64,000 bases of DNA from Phycisphaerales bacterium (GTDB taxonomy: Bacteria > Planctomycetota > Phycisphaerae > Phycisphaerales > UBA1924). Positions 28,644 through 38,704 of this stretch are shown here, one piece after another (the stretch's first letter is position 1; each line of letters begins with the position of its first letter). Location of the stretch: the NCBI GenBank assembly GCA_019750095.1, contig JAIEOW010000045.1, positions 1-64,000 of the forward strand, given 5' to 3'. The notes under the pieces are model-generated. The model did not search any database, was not told the DNA's origin, and worked only from the letters and a program-made list of their open reading frames with translations. The position numbers and the translations under genes were made by a program.

Positions 28644-30023
28644 ATGCCTGGACGCTCCAAACTCATCGTCGTCGCCAATCGACTCCCCGCGTCGCGGATG
28701 GGCAAGGGTGCTTCTGCGCGGTGGGAGCGAAGCCCGGGAGGGCTGGTCTCTGCGATGGAGCCGGTGCTTGCCGAACGCGGCGGCGTCTGGATCGGCTGGG
28801 ACGGAGGTGCCGGGCCAGCACCGCGTCCCGCGCGGATAGGCGAAATCGACCTGCGGGCCGTTGGACTTTCGCGTTCTGAGGTCGAGACGTATTACCACGG
28901 GTTCTGCAACACGACCGTCTGGCCGCTTTACCATGACGCGATCATCAACCCGGAGTTTCATCGGGGCTGGTGGGAACCATATCAGGCGGTAAACAAGCGC
29001 TTTGCACTCGCCACAGCACGGGCGTATCGCAAGGGAGATCTGGTCTGGGTGCATGACTATCAGTTGCAGATGGTCCCAAAGTTTGTGCGCGAGCGTAAGC
29101 CGGGCGCGAGGATCGGCTTTTTCCTGCACATTCCATTCCCGCCCGACGAGCTCTTCGCCTGGCTGCCCTGGCGGAGCGCGATTCTGCGCGGGCTGCTCGG
29201 AGCTGATGTCGTCGCTTTTCAGACGCAGGCCAGTGCTGAGAACTTCGTACGCGTCGCCAAGCGATACGTGGCTGCTGAGGGAACCGAGCGCGAGCTGTCT
29301 TTCCAGGGTCGCGTCATCCGAATCAAGGCCTGCCCGATCTCCATCGCAACGAACGAGTTCGAGCAGGCAGCGGGGTCCTCGGAAATCAACCGCCGCGCCG
29401 TCGAGATCAAGCGGCAACTCGCTGGTCGCAAAGTACTGCTCGCGGTGGACCGTCTGGACTACACCAAGGGCATACCGCTGCGGCTGCTTGCGTTCGAGGA
29501 GTTGCTGAAAGAGCGCGTGCTTTCTGCGAACAAAGTGGTCATGATCCAGATCGCCGTGCCCAGCCGCGAGGTCGTTCCCGGATACGGCGAAACGCGTCAG
29601 GAAGTCGAGCGGATCGTGGGCCGGATCAACGGCGAGTACAGCCATCCCGGAAAGGTCGCGGTGCACTATTTCAGACGCTCACTGGCGCGGGAAGAGCTGA
29701 TCGCGTATTACCTCGCGGCCGACGTGATGCTGGTCACTCCGCTGCGTGACGGCATGAATCTGGTCGCGAAGGAATACGTTGCGTGCAGAACCGACAACTC
29801 GGGGGTTCTGGTGCTCAGCGAGTTTGCCGGGGCTGCTCGCGAACTCCGACGCGCCCTGCTGGTCAATCCTCGGGATCTGGAGACCATGAAGAAAACGATG
29901 GTCGACGCCGTGCGCATGCTCAAGGAAGATCAAGTGATGCGCATGGCCGTACTGCGATCGAACGTGCGTCGCCATGATGTTCATGACTGGTCACGTGAGT
30001 TTCTTGAGGCCCTTCCAGACTAG
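28644..30023 (+). CDS. otsA: Alpha,alpha-trehalose-phosphate synthase (UDP-forming), GT20
   Basis: [42 protein letters not shown] and GADVVAFQT are all OtsA hallmarks. Confidence 0.9.
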   Translation: MPGRSKLIVVANRLPASRMGKGASARWERSPGGLVSAMEPVLAERGGVWIGWDGGAGPAPRPARIGEIDLRAVGLSRSEVETYYHGFCNTTVWPLYHDAIINPEFHRGWWEPYQAVNKRFALATARAYRKGDLVWVHDYQLQMVPKFVRERKPGARIGFFLHIPFPPDELFAWLPWRSAILRGLLGADVVAFQTQASAENFVRVAKRYVAAEGTERELSFQGRVIRIKACPISIATNEFEQAAGSSEINRRAVEIKRQLAGRKVLLAVDRLDYTKGIPLRLLAFEELLKERVLSANKVVMIQIAVPSREVVPGYGETRQEVERIVGRINGEYSHPGKVAVHYFRRSLAREELIAYYLAADVMLVTPLRDGMNLVAKEYVACRTDNSGVLVLSEFAGAARELRRALLVNPRDLETMKKTMVDAVRMLKEDQVMRMAVLRSNVRRHDVHDWSREFLEALPD

Positions 30024-30035
30024 ACCGGATCGCCC

Positions 30036-32579
30036 ATGCTCCCATCACGAATCAACTCGATGGCGATGTCACCGCTCTTGCTGGTGGCCTCCGACTTTGA
30101 CGGGACCATATCACCTCTGGCTCCGTCGCCCGATGAGGCACGAGCCGATCCACGTTGCATGGCTGCTCTGACCCGACTGGCCCGGCTGCCCTGCACCGCC
30201 GTTGCGATCATCTCGGGGCGGCCATTGAAATGGCTGAAGCAGCGCACCGAGACCATCTCCGGCATTCAACTCTTCGGAAGTCATGGCGCGGAGGATGGAT
30301 CGGCTTCCGAAAGTTCCAGCAAGGCGGAGGCCGAAGTGCGAGTGATGCAGATCGCGAGCTCGCTTGAGCCCATAGCGGCCCGCTGGCCGGGGTGCCTCGT
30401 GGAACGCAAGCCCTTTGGGGTCGCTCTGCATTACCGCAGGGCCGACCCCGCATACACCGAAGCGATCATTGATGCCACGCTGGCGGTCGCGCGGAACGAT
30501 TCCTCTATCGCGGTGCGGATGGGTTCGATGGTCGTTGAGTTGTGCGTTTCGTCCAAGAACAAGGGCGATGCGCTGCAACGCGCGATACACCTTGCCGGGG
30601 CCAGGAACACGGTGTTTCTCGGCGACGACCTCACCGACGAGGACGCCTTCGCGGTGCTTGGCGATAGTGATCTGGCCATTCGGGTTGGCGAGGGTCAGAC
30701 GGCGGCACCGTTTCGGGTGGATGGGATTGAGAGTGTTGCCGATGCGCTCGCCGCGCTTGCCGATCAGCGCGAACGCTGGGTCCCCGAGCGCGTTCTGGTC
30801 CCGATCCAGCACCACTCCATTCTCTCCGACCAGCGCACACTGGCCTTGGTCACCCCATCGGCTCGGATCACATGGCTCTGCGTGCCCCGGATCGATTCTT
30901 CATCGCTCTTTGCCGAACTTGTGGGCGGGCCGCAAGCCGGGTACTTCGCCATTGAGCCCGAGAACGGCGCGACACCAACGGGCCAGACGTACAACGCCGA
31001 TTCCATGCTTCTGTCCACCCAGTGGCGTGACTTCGTGGTCACAGACTATCTGGACTGTTCAGGCGGCCGCGCTTTTCAACGGGCGGGGCGGAGCGATCTG
31101 GTGCGTGTGATCGATGGGCGGGGACGGGTTCGAGTTCTCTTCGCACCCCGACCCGACTTCGGAAGAGCCCCGGCGACACTCACGTCGCGTCCGGAGGGAA
31201 TCGAGATCGATGCCGGCGGCGATCCATGCGTTCTCCACGCTCCGGGGCTCTCGTGGAAGCTCATCGCCGACGGCGTGCATGTGACCGCCGAGGCCATCGC
31301 CGACCTGAGCATGCTCGGAGGATCGCTGACGCTCGAACTCCGATACGGCACGGCAAACCTCCGACCCTCGGTCGTGCCCGAACCACAGCGACGCGCCCAG
31401 ACCCAGCGGCTGTGGTCCGGCTGGACGGGAGCACTGAGATTGCCCGCGCAGCACCGAGACGTTCTGGCCCGCAGTGCTCTCACGATCAAGGCCTTGTGCA
31501 ATGGCCCAGGTGGGGCCATCGCCGCGGCCGGAACCACCAGTCTGCCAGAACAACTCGGGGGCGTACGCAACTGGGACTATCGCTTTTGCTGGCCGCGCGA
31601 TGCCGCGATGGCCGCGACGGCGCTGCTGCGGCTCGGAAACACCGGCCACGCGATGAAGCTTACCGAGTGGCTCGTTGGCATCGTGGATCGCCTGGACTCT
31701 CCGGAGCGTCTGCGCCCGATCTATGCGGTTCAGGGTGAGGAACTCGGGTCTGAGGCCGAGATCGGCGGGCTCTCCGGCTATGCCGGCAGCCGACCGGTGC
31801 GCATTGGGAACGCCGCCGCGCAGCAGGTGCAACTTGACGTCTTCGGCCCCGTCACGCACATGGTTGCGAGCATGACCGAACGTGGTGTCCCGGTCTCTCC
31901 CGATGCTTGGCGGCTCGTGCGGGCGATGGTTCGCGCGGTGGAGGCGCGGTGGGAGGAGCCCGACCACGGCATTTGGGAGGTCCGAGGACCGCGGCGGCAC
32001 CACGTCCACTCGAAGGTCATGTGCTGGCATACGGTGGACCGCGCGCTGGTTGTTCACGATGCCATGCTGGGAAAGGACAACTTCGAGTGGCGAGCGCTGC
32101 GCGATCGCATAGCCGCGGAGGTGCTGGATCGCGGATGGAACCGCCAGGTCGCAGCGTTTACCGGGGCGTACGAAACTTCGGCACTGGACGCCGCGGTGCT
32201 CGCGGTGGGATTGTGCGGCCTCGTGCCGGTTGCTGACCCGCGCTGGGCGGCGACCGTCGAAGCGATCGAACGCTCCTTACGCGACGGCGCAACGGTCTAC
32301 CGGTATCGCGGCGACGACGGCTTGCCCGGAACCGAGGGCGGATTTGTCATCTGCGCTTGTTGGCTGGTGGAAGCGATGGTCACACTCGGACGCTTGGACG
32401 ACGCTCGGAAGCTCTTCGATGACATCCTCCTCCAGGCCGGGCCAACCGGTCTGTTCGCCGAACAATGGGACCAAGCCCAGCACGTTGCTCTCGGCAACTT
32501 TCCACAGGCATACTCGCATCTTGGAGTCATCAATGCGGCACTGGCGCTTGCGGGGTCAAGCCGGACCGGCTCTGCTTAA
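30036..32579 (+). CDS. otsB: Trehalose-6-phosphate phosphatase (HAD, OtsB) fused to a glycoside hydrolase family 15 (glucoamylase/trehalase-like) domain
   Basis: N-terminal LLVASDFDGTISP and GDDLTDEDAF are HAD motifs I and III; C-terminal WDYRFCWPRDAAMAATALLRLG plus an (alpha/alpha)6 region match GH15. Confidence 0.8.
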   Translation: MLPSRINSMAMSPLLLVASDFDGTISPLAPSPDEARADPRCMAALTRLARLPCTAVAIISGRPLKWLKQRTETISGIQLFGSHGAEDGSASESSSKAEAEVRVMQIASSLEPIAARWPGCLVERKPFGVALHYRRADPAYTEAIIDATLAVARNDSSIAVRMGSMVVELCVSSKNKGDALQRAIHLAGARNTVFLGDDLTDEDAFAVLGDSDLAIRVGEGQTAAPFRVDGIESVADALAALADQRERWVPERVLVPIQHHSILSDQRTLALVTPSARITWLCVPRIDSSSLFAELVGGPQAGYFAIEPENGATPTGQTYNADSMLLSTQWRDFVVTDYLDCSGGRAFQRAGRSDLVRVIDGRGRVRVLFAPRPDFGRAPATLTSRPEGIEIDAGGDPCVLHAPGLSWKLIADGVHVTAEAIADLSMLGGSLTLELRYGTANLRPSVVPEPQRRAQTQRLWSGWTGALRLPAQHRDVLARSALTIKALCNGPGGAIAAAGTTSLPEQLGGVRNWDYRFCWPRDAAMAATALLRLGNTGHAMKLTEWLVGIVDRLDSPERLRPIYAVQGEELGSEAEIGGLSGYAGSRPVRIGNAAAQQVQLDVFGPVTHMVASMTERGVPVSPDAWRLVRAMVRAVEARWEEPDHGIWEVRGPRRHHVHSKVMCWHTVDRALVVHDAMLGKDNFEWRALRDRIAAEVLDRGWNRQVAAFTGAYETSALDAAVLAVGLCGLVPVADPRWAATVEAIERSLRDGATVYRYRGDDGLPGTEGGFVICACWLVEAMVTLGRLDDARKLFDDILLQAGPTGLFAEQWDQAQHVALGNFPQAYSHLGVINAALALAGSSRTGSA

Positions 32580-32675
32580 CCTCCGTGACCTGCTGATTCC
32601 ACCTTGCGTCTCGACAGCCCGCTTGCCTTCGCGGTCCACAACGCCCGCAACCACGCCACCCTGTACACTCCATCA

Positions 32676-35534
32676 ATGCCCGACCAGACCATCCCCAAGC
32701 AGCTCACCAGCGGCCCGGGTAACGATCCGCGGCCGAATCCGGAGCGGGATCGGTTGATTGCCGACCTGAAGCGGGAGAAGAACTGGAAGCGTTGGGGGCC
32801 GTATCTGGCCGAGCGGCAGTGGGGAACGGTGCGCGAGGATTACTCGGCCGATGGGTCGTGCTGGTCGTACTTTCCGCATGAGCATGCGCGGAGCCGGGCG
32901 TATCGGTGGGGTGAGGACGGGCTGCTTGGGATCACCGATCGCGAGTGTCGGCTGTGCTTTGCGCTCGCGCTGTGGAATGGGCGCGATCCGATCCTGAAGG
33001 AGCGGCTCTTCGGGCTCACGGGGCCAGAGGGCAACCACGGCGAGGATGTGAAGGAGCAGTACTTTTACCTCAACTCAACGCCGACGCACTCGTACATGCG
33101 GGCGAGTTACAAGTATCCGGTGCGCGAGTTTCCGTATGCGCTTCTGACCAGCGAGAACCGCGCCCGCACGCGCGAGCAGCCGGAGTTTGAGCTGGAGGAC
33201 ACCGGCATCTTCGACCACGGCCACTGGGACGTGATGATCGAATACGCCAAGAACACGCCCGACGACATGCTCGTGCGGGTGAGCATCACCAATCGCTCGC
33301 CAAATGTCGAGACGATCCATGTTCTGCCGCAGGCGTGGTTCAGGAACACGTGGGTGTGGGGCTGCAATCACGAGGGGTGCTGGATCAAGCCGCACATGGA
33401 GCTGGTCGCCGAGCCATCCCCGACGGCGGAGTCGGAGGTGGCGACAGATCATGAGTCGCTCGGCAAGGTGCGCATCCTGTATGGTCGGGCATCGGACGGA
33501 GCAAAGCCGACGATGCTCTTCACCGACAATCACACCAACACCGAGCGCTGCTTCGGCGTGCCCAACCAGACGAGCTTCCTGAAGGACGCCTTCCACGACC
33601 GCGTGATCCACGGCAAACAGAGTGCGGTGAACCCGCGGCAGATGGGGTCCAAATGCGCGGGGTGGTACACCCTGACGATCGCACCCGGCGAGAGCATGAC
33701 GATCCCGTGTCGCATCGTTCAGGTGGCACCCGCGGGCGCGATCCAGTCGTATCCGATCCGGGCGATGGGCCTGAGCGCGTTCGACGCGATGTTCGAACGG
33801 ACGTTCGCCGACCGCATCGGCGAGATGCAGCGGTTTTATTCCACCGGGCGGCTGGGCACGTTGAACGCCGAGGAACGCAACGTCGCGCTGCAGGCATATG
33901 CGGGGCTCTTGTGGAGCAAGCAGTTCTATCACTTCATCGTCGCCGACTGGCTGGATGGCGATCGCGATCAGCCGCCGCCGCCCCCCGAGCGCAAGCGCAC
34001 CGGAGTTGGCGGGGCTCGGAACACCGAATGGCGGCACATGTACGCCCGCGACGTGATCCTGATGCCCGACAAGTGGGAGTATCCGTGGTTCGCGGCGTGG
34101 GACCTCGCGTTTCACTGTGTCGCGGTGAGCCACATCGATCCGCATTTGGCCCAGCAACAACTGCTGCTCATGATGCGGGAGTGGTACATGCACCCGTCGG
34201 GGGCGATCCCCGCGTATGAGTTTGCGTTTGGCGATGTGAACCCGCCGGTGCACGCGTGGGCGTGTTGGCGGGTGTATCAGATCACCGGCAGCCGCGGCGC
34301 GAGCGGACCGGGGCAGCGCAACAGGGACTTTCTCGCCCGCGCGTTCCACAAGCTGCTGCTCAACTTCACCTGGTGGATCAACCGCAAGGATCCCGAGGGC
34401 CGCAACATCTTCGGCGGGGGCTTCCTAGGTCTGGACAACATCGGCGTGTTTGATCGCAGCCAGAAGCTACCCGGCGACCACACGCTGGAACAGGCCGACG
34501 GCACGGCGTGGATGGCGTTCTTCTGCGGCACGATGCTCAGCATGGCGCTGGAGCTTGCGCGTGAGGACCCCGCGTATGAAGACGTCGCGAGCAAGTTCTT
34601 CGAGCACTTCATCGCGATCGTCGACGCGATGAATGGATTCCAGGCCGAGGGCCTGTGGGATGAACTCGACGGGTTTTACTACGACCATCTGCGCGTCGGC
34701 GACGGAGCGGGAGAGTCGGTGCCCTTGCGCGTGCGCTCGATGGTCGGGATCATCCCGCTGCTCGCCGCCGAGGTGCTGGAAGAGAACCTGATCGCGCAGC
34801 TTCCCGGCTTTCAGAAGCGCATGAACTGGTTCCTGGAGCACCGGACCGATCTGGCCAAGCACGTCAGCTTCATGTCCACCACCGATGGCCATGAGCACGC
34901 GCTCCTGGCCATCCCCTCGCGCGAGCGGCTGGAGCGCGTGCTGAAGTATGTGCTGGATGAGAACGAGTTCCTCTCGCCCTTCGGCCTGCGCTCGCTCAGC
35001 AAGGTGCATCAGGCCAAGCCCTTCGTGCTCGCCACGCCCGATGGGCAGCGACACGTGGTCGACTATCAACCCGGCGAATCCACCACCAGCATGTTCGGGG
35101 GCAACAGCAACTGGCGCGGACCGGTCTGGATGCCGCTGAACTATCTCCTGATCGAGGCGCTCGACCGCTACCACCACTTCTACGGCGAGCGGTTCACCAT
35201 CGCGTGCACGCTGGGCGGCAAGAAGCGGGAACTGTCACTCGCCGAGATCGCGCACGAGCTTCGCCGGCGGCTCTGCTCGATCGTTCTGCCAGGGGCCGAT
35301 GGCCACCGGCCGTGTTTCGGTGTGCATGAGACGGGCGACACCCGATCCGCGCCTGCACGCGTGATGACCGAGCGTTTCGCGACAGATCCCGCGTGGAAGG
35401 GACTCGTGAACTTCCACGAGTACTTCCACGGCGAGACGGGCCGCGGGCTTGGCGCAAGCCACCAGACCGGATGGTCCGCCCTTGTGGCGCAGATGCTGAA
35501 GGAGATGAGCTTGAAGGGGCAGGCGAAAAGCTGA
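32676..35534 (+). CDS. GH63-family glycoside hydrolase (mannosylglycerate/glucosylglycerate hydrolase-like)
   Basis: N-terminal WKRWGPYLAERQWGTVREDYS...YFPHEHARSRAYRWGEDGLLG signature of bacterial GH63/MGH enzymes; about 950 aa. Confidence 0.65.
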   Translation: MPDQTIPKQLTSGPGNDPRPNPERDRLIADLKREKNWKRWGPYLAERQWGTVREDYSADGSCWSYFPHEHARSRAYRWGEDGLLGITDRECRLCFALALWNGRDPILKERLFGLTGPEGNHGEDVKEQYFYLNSTPTHSYMRASYKYPVREFPYALLTSENRARTREQPEFELEDTGIFDHGHWDVMIEYAKNTPDDMLVRVSITNRSPNVETIHVLPQAWFRNTWVWGCNHEGCWIKPHMELVAEPSPTAESEVATDHESLGKVRILYGRASDGAKPTMLFTDNHTNTERCFGVPNQTSFLKDAFHDRVIHGKQSAVNPRQMGSKCAGWYTLTIAPGESMTIPCRIVQVAPAGAIQSYPIRAMGLSAFDAMFERTFADRIGEMQRFYSTGRLGTLNAEERNVALQAYAGLLWSKQFYHFIVADWLDGDRDQPPPPPERKRTGVGGARNTEWRHMYARDVILMPDKWEYPWFAAWDLAFHCVAVSHIDPHLAQQQLLLMMREWYMHPSGAIPAYEFAFGDVNPPVHAWACWRVYQITGSRGASGPGQRNRDFLARAFHKLLLNFTWWINRKDPEGRNIFGGGFLGLDNIGVFDRSQKLPGDHTLEQADGTAWMAFFCGTMLSMALELAREDPAYEDVASKFFEHFIAIVDAMNGFQAEGLWDELDGFYYDHLRVGDGAGESVPLRVRSMVGIIPLLAAEVLEENLIAQLPGFQKRMNWFLEHRTDLAKHVSFMSTTDGHEHALLAIPSRERLERVLKYVLDENEFLSPFGLRSLSKVHQAKPFVLATPDGQRHVVDYQPGESTTSMFGGNSNWRGPVWMPLNYLLIEALDRYHHFYGERFTIACTLGGKKRELSLAEIAHELRRRLCSIVLPGADGHRPCFGVHETGDTRSAPARVMTERFATDPAWKGLVNFHEYFHGETGRGLGASHQTGWSALVAQMLKEMSLKGQAKS

Positions 35535-35538
35535 CTTT

Positions 35539-35564
35539 GGTGGCACAGGCGTCCCGCCTGTGCA
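35539..35564. repeat. REP-like palindromic element (copy 2, reverse orientation of 5807-5834)
   Basis: GGTGGCACAGGCGTCCCGCCTGTGCA is the reverse complement of the element at 5807-5834. Confidence 0.6.
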
Positions 35565-35991
35565 ACGAGGAGCATCGAGTGATACGGATCCCAGTTGCGA
35601 TCGGGCATGGGATCCACCGTGATTTCAATCTGGGCTTGGCCGACCTTGGTCCTCAGCCCGAAGGGTTGATCGTCAGTAGCCGGGGCGTGAGCGAGGCTTT
35701 GCGAGCCACCCCCGGAAAGCGTGTTGCGAAACATCTGGTTGTTTATCTGTGATGGCACGCCGAAGGCGTGCTCGATGCGCGTCCGCCGAGCAGCACAGCG
35801 AGCACTCCTTCGGAGTGCCCTGGATCCCACCTCCGCGGCGACCCAAACGTCTTCTTCTTCCGGGCGTGTCGCTGCGCTCCACGCCCGGCTACTGACGATC
35901 AGCCCTTTGGGCTGACCACAGATCACATTCTGTGTGCCGCACAATGCTGTAGTGCACGGATCGCACGCAAAACAGCATGAGGACACGTCGC

Positions 35992-37068
35992 CTATAGCAG
36001 CATCTCGGCGATCTGCACCGCATTCAGCGCGGCACCCTTGCGCAGCTGGTCGCCGCAGATAAACAGGTCAAACGCGATCGCGGGCTGGTCGTAGTCCGCG
36101 GCCGTCGCGCTCGCGGGCAAGCGCGAGGCGTCGGGGCGGATGCGACCGACAAGTACATCGTCTTTGCCGCTGGCCTTCAGCGGCGTGGGGAAGAGGTTGG
36201 CCGCGCGATCGTCGACGACCCGGACACCCGGGAACTTGGACAGCACCTCGCGGACCTGGGCCGTGGTCGCGGGTGTCTTCAAGGTCACGTTCACGCTCTC
36301 GGCGTGGGCGCGTCGCACGGGCACGCGGATGCACGTCGCACTCAGCGCCGCCGAGGGATCGTTCCAGATCTTGCGCGTCTCCAGGATCACCTTGCTCTCT
36401 TCGACGTTCAGGCCCGTCACGGGATCGACGGCGGTGTTGTGGCTGAACAGGTTGAACGCGTACGGCTCGTGAAACACGCCGCCCGTCTCGATCCCGGGGC
36501 GCACCACTTTGCCCGCCAGATCATCGCGGGTCTGGGCTTCCAGTTCGTCCATGCCCTTGGCCCCGGCCCCGCTGGCGGCCTGATACGTGCTGACGATCGT
36601 GCGCTCCACGCCAAAGGCCCGGCGGATCGGCGTGAGCGCCATCAGCAGGATGATCGTCGAGCAGTTGGGGTTCGCGATCACGTTGGGCAAGCTCGCCGAG
36701 GCGTGCAGGTTGCGGATCGACTCCGGATTCACCTCCGGAATCGTCAGCGGCACGCCGTCGGACATGCGAAACGCCGACGAGTTGTCCACGATCACGCACC
36801 CGGCCTTGCCCGCGGCGGGGGCAAACTCCTTGCTGATCGACGAGCCCGCGCTGAACAGAGCGATGTCCACGCCGCGCAGCGACTCGTGCGTCAGCGGTTC
36901 GACGGTCAGCGTGCCCCCGCGATACGGCAGCTGCTGTCCCGCCGAGCGGGGCGAGGCGAGGGCTTTGATCGTCCCATGCGGGAACTTCCGCTGCTCAAGG
37001 ATCTCGAGCATCTCTCGGCCAACGGCGCCGGTGGCTCCGGCAACAGCGATCGTGGGTGTCTTGTTCAT
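35992..37068 (-). CDS. asd: Aspartate-semialdehyde dehydrogenase
   Basis: IAVAGATGAVGREMLEIL NAD-binding motif; active-site region SNPNCSTIILLMAL; C-terminal dimerisation domain. Confidence 0.9.
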   Translation of the reverse strand: MNKTPTIAVAGATGAVGREMLEILEQRKFPHGTIKALASPRSAGQQLPYRGGTLTVEPLTHESLRGVDIALFSAGSSISKEFAPAAGKAGCVIVDNSSAFRMSDGVPLTIPEVNPESIRNLHASASLPNVIANPNCSTIILLMALTPIRRAFGVERTIVSTYQAASGAGAKGMDELEAQTRDDLAGKVVRPGIETGGVFHEPYAFNLFSHNTAVDPVTGLNVEESKVILETRKIWNDPSAALSATCIRVPVRRAHAESVNVTLKTPATTAQVREVLSKFPGVRVVDDRAANLFPTPLKASGKDDVLVGRIRPDASRLPASATAADYDQPAIAFDLFICGDQLRKGAALNAVQIAEMLL

Positions 37069-37261
37069 ACGCAAGATCGGAGCGTACGCCCATCCGAGGC
37101 CTGGGCGCGAGCCCTGGCACCAACGACGACTGAGCACCCAGTTCCATCGGGGTGGCGGGTTGTACTCCCTTGACTTCCAGCGGGCGTGCGCCGCAGGTGC
37201 CTAGGCTCGCGCCCGGGCCTCGGATTGAATATCCTTTCAGGCACGGTTCACGCCGTGACCC

Positions 37262-38626
37262 TTGAGGTGCTGCATGCTGCTTTCCCTGCCCGCCGTGCTC
37301 TCGATCACCCTGACGAGCGTCTGTGCGATCGCGCAGCCCGCGCCCGATCCGATGTCGAGCCGCCTCGACCTGACCAGCTCGACCAAAGCCGCGGACACGG
37401 GCAAGGCCCCGCCCCCGATCTTCACCGACCTCACCCTCGCCGACGCTCTGGCCAAGAACACCGGCGAGCATCTGCTGATCGTCAAGTTCACCGCCGAGTG
37501 GTGCGGCCCCTGCAAGCAGATGGACCGGACCACCTGGCGCGACCAGCGGGTGATCGACTGGGTCAAGCAGCACGGCACGGCGATCCAGGTCGACGTCGAC
37601 AAGCGTCCGGATGACGCCAAGAGCAACCGCATCTCGGCGATGCCGACCACCGTCGTCTTCAAGGAGGGCAAGCCGATCCAGCGGCGCGTCGGGTTCATCA
37701 CGGCGGATCAGATGCTGACCTTCCTGTCCTCGGCCAAGAACCCTAATCAGGGCCAGCACGAGGCGCAGGTGAAGCCCGCCGAGGGCGGCGCAGCGCCCAA
37801 GGCCGCGATGTCGATGCAGGATCGCCTCCGCGCCGCCCGTGATCTCGCCGACAACGACAAGCGCGATCAGGCCACCAGCGAGTACGTCTGGCTCTGGAAG
37901 AACATTCTTGAGCACGAGCCCTCGATGTACGGCGTGCGCCGCTCGTTCATGACCGGCGACATGCAGCGGCTGGCCTTTGTGCACAAGCCCGCGTCGGAGG
38001 CATTTGCCGCGTTGCGTGATGAAGCCGAGACGCGCCTCAAGGGGCCAGACAAGACTTTCGAGGATCTTCTGGATTGGATCGCGCTCAACGGCGTGGTCGA
38101 TCAGCAGGACAAGACCCTGGCGTGGTTCGATCGGATCAAGGGCGACGCCGACAGCGGGCCGACACTCAAACGCGTCGGGTTCACGATCGATCAGTTGCTG
38201 ATCGACAGGGGCCGCTGGGCCGATCTCGCGCTGATCTGGCCCGACCCGCTCGGCACGCTCAAGAACGAACGCGACCTCTGGCTCAACATGCCCAACATGG
38301 GCGGCGACGCGGAGCGCAAGGCCGAGCTCGATCGCATGAGCCGCAACACGGTCCGCACCAAAGCCGCCCAGATCTACGTCTCGCAGCTCGCCATCGGCAA
38401 GCCCGACGTCGCCCAGCGGGTCCAGGACGACGCGCTGAAGGCCGACGACACGCCCGAGATGCGCATCGCCCTCGTCAAGCTCGCGCTCAAGGCCAAACTC
38501 GCCCGTCCCGAGCACGACGCGCTGCTCAAATCCGCGATCCGCCCCGACAACCCCCCCGCTCTTTCCACCGAGATCGAGCGTCTCCAGGCCGAACTCGCCG
38601 CCGCGCTCGCCAAGGGCACGGGCTGA
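37262..38626 (+). CDS. Secreted thioredoxin-domain protein
   Basis: Signal peptide; thioredoxin fold with a WCGPC active site (FTAEWCGPCKQM); long helical C-terminal extension. Confidence 0.7.
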   Translation: MRCCMLLSLPAVLSITLTSVCAIAQPAPDPMSSRLDLTSSTKAADTGKAPPPIFTDLTLADALAKNTGEHLLIVKFTAEWCGPCKQMDRTTWRDQRVIDWVKQHGTAIQVDVDKRPDDAKSNRISAMPTTVVFKEGKPIQRRVGFITADQMLTFLSSAKNPNQGQHEAQVKPAEGGAAPKAAMSMQDRLRAARDLADNDKRDQATSEYVWLWKNILEHEPSMYGVRRSFMTGDMQRLAFVHKPASEAFAALRDEAETRLKGPDKTFEDLLDWIALNGVVDQQDKTLAWFDRIKGDADSGPTLKRVGFTIDQLLIDRGRWADLALIWPDPLGTLKNERDLWLNMPNMGGDAERKAELDRMSRNTVRTKAAQIYVSQLAIGKPDVAQRVQDDALKADDTPEMRIALVKLALKAKLARPEHDALLKSAIRPDNPPALSTEIERLQAELAAALAKGTG

Positions 38627-38704
38627 TCGCACGCCCTTGCCGCCCGCACATCTCGGCGAACCACCAGCGGCAGCCGCGCGGGCAACTCGTCTAAACCGCC
38701 CGCT

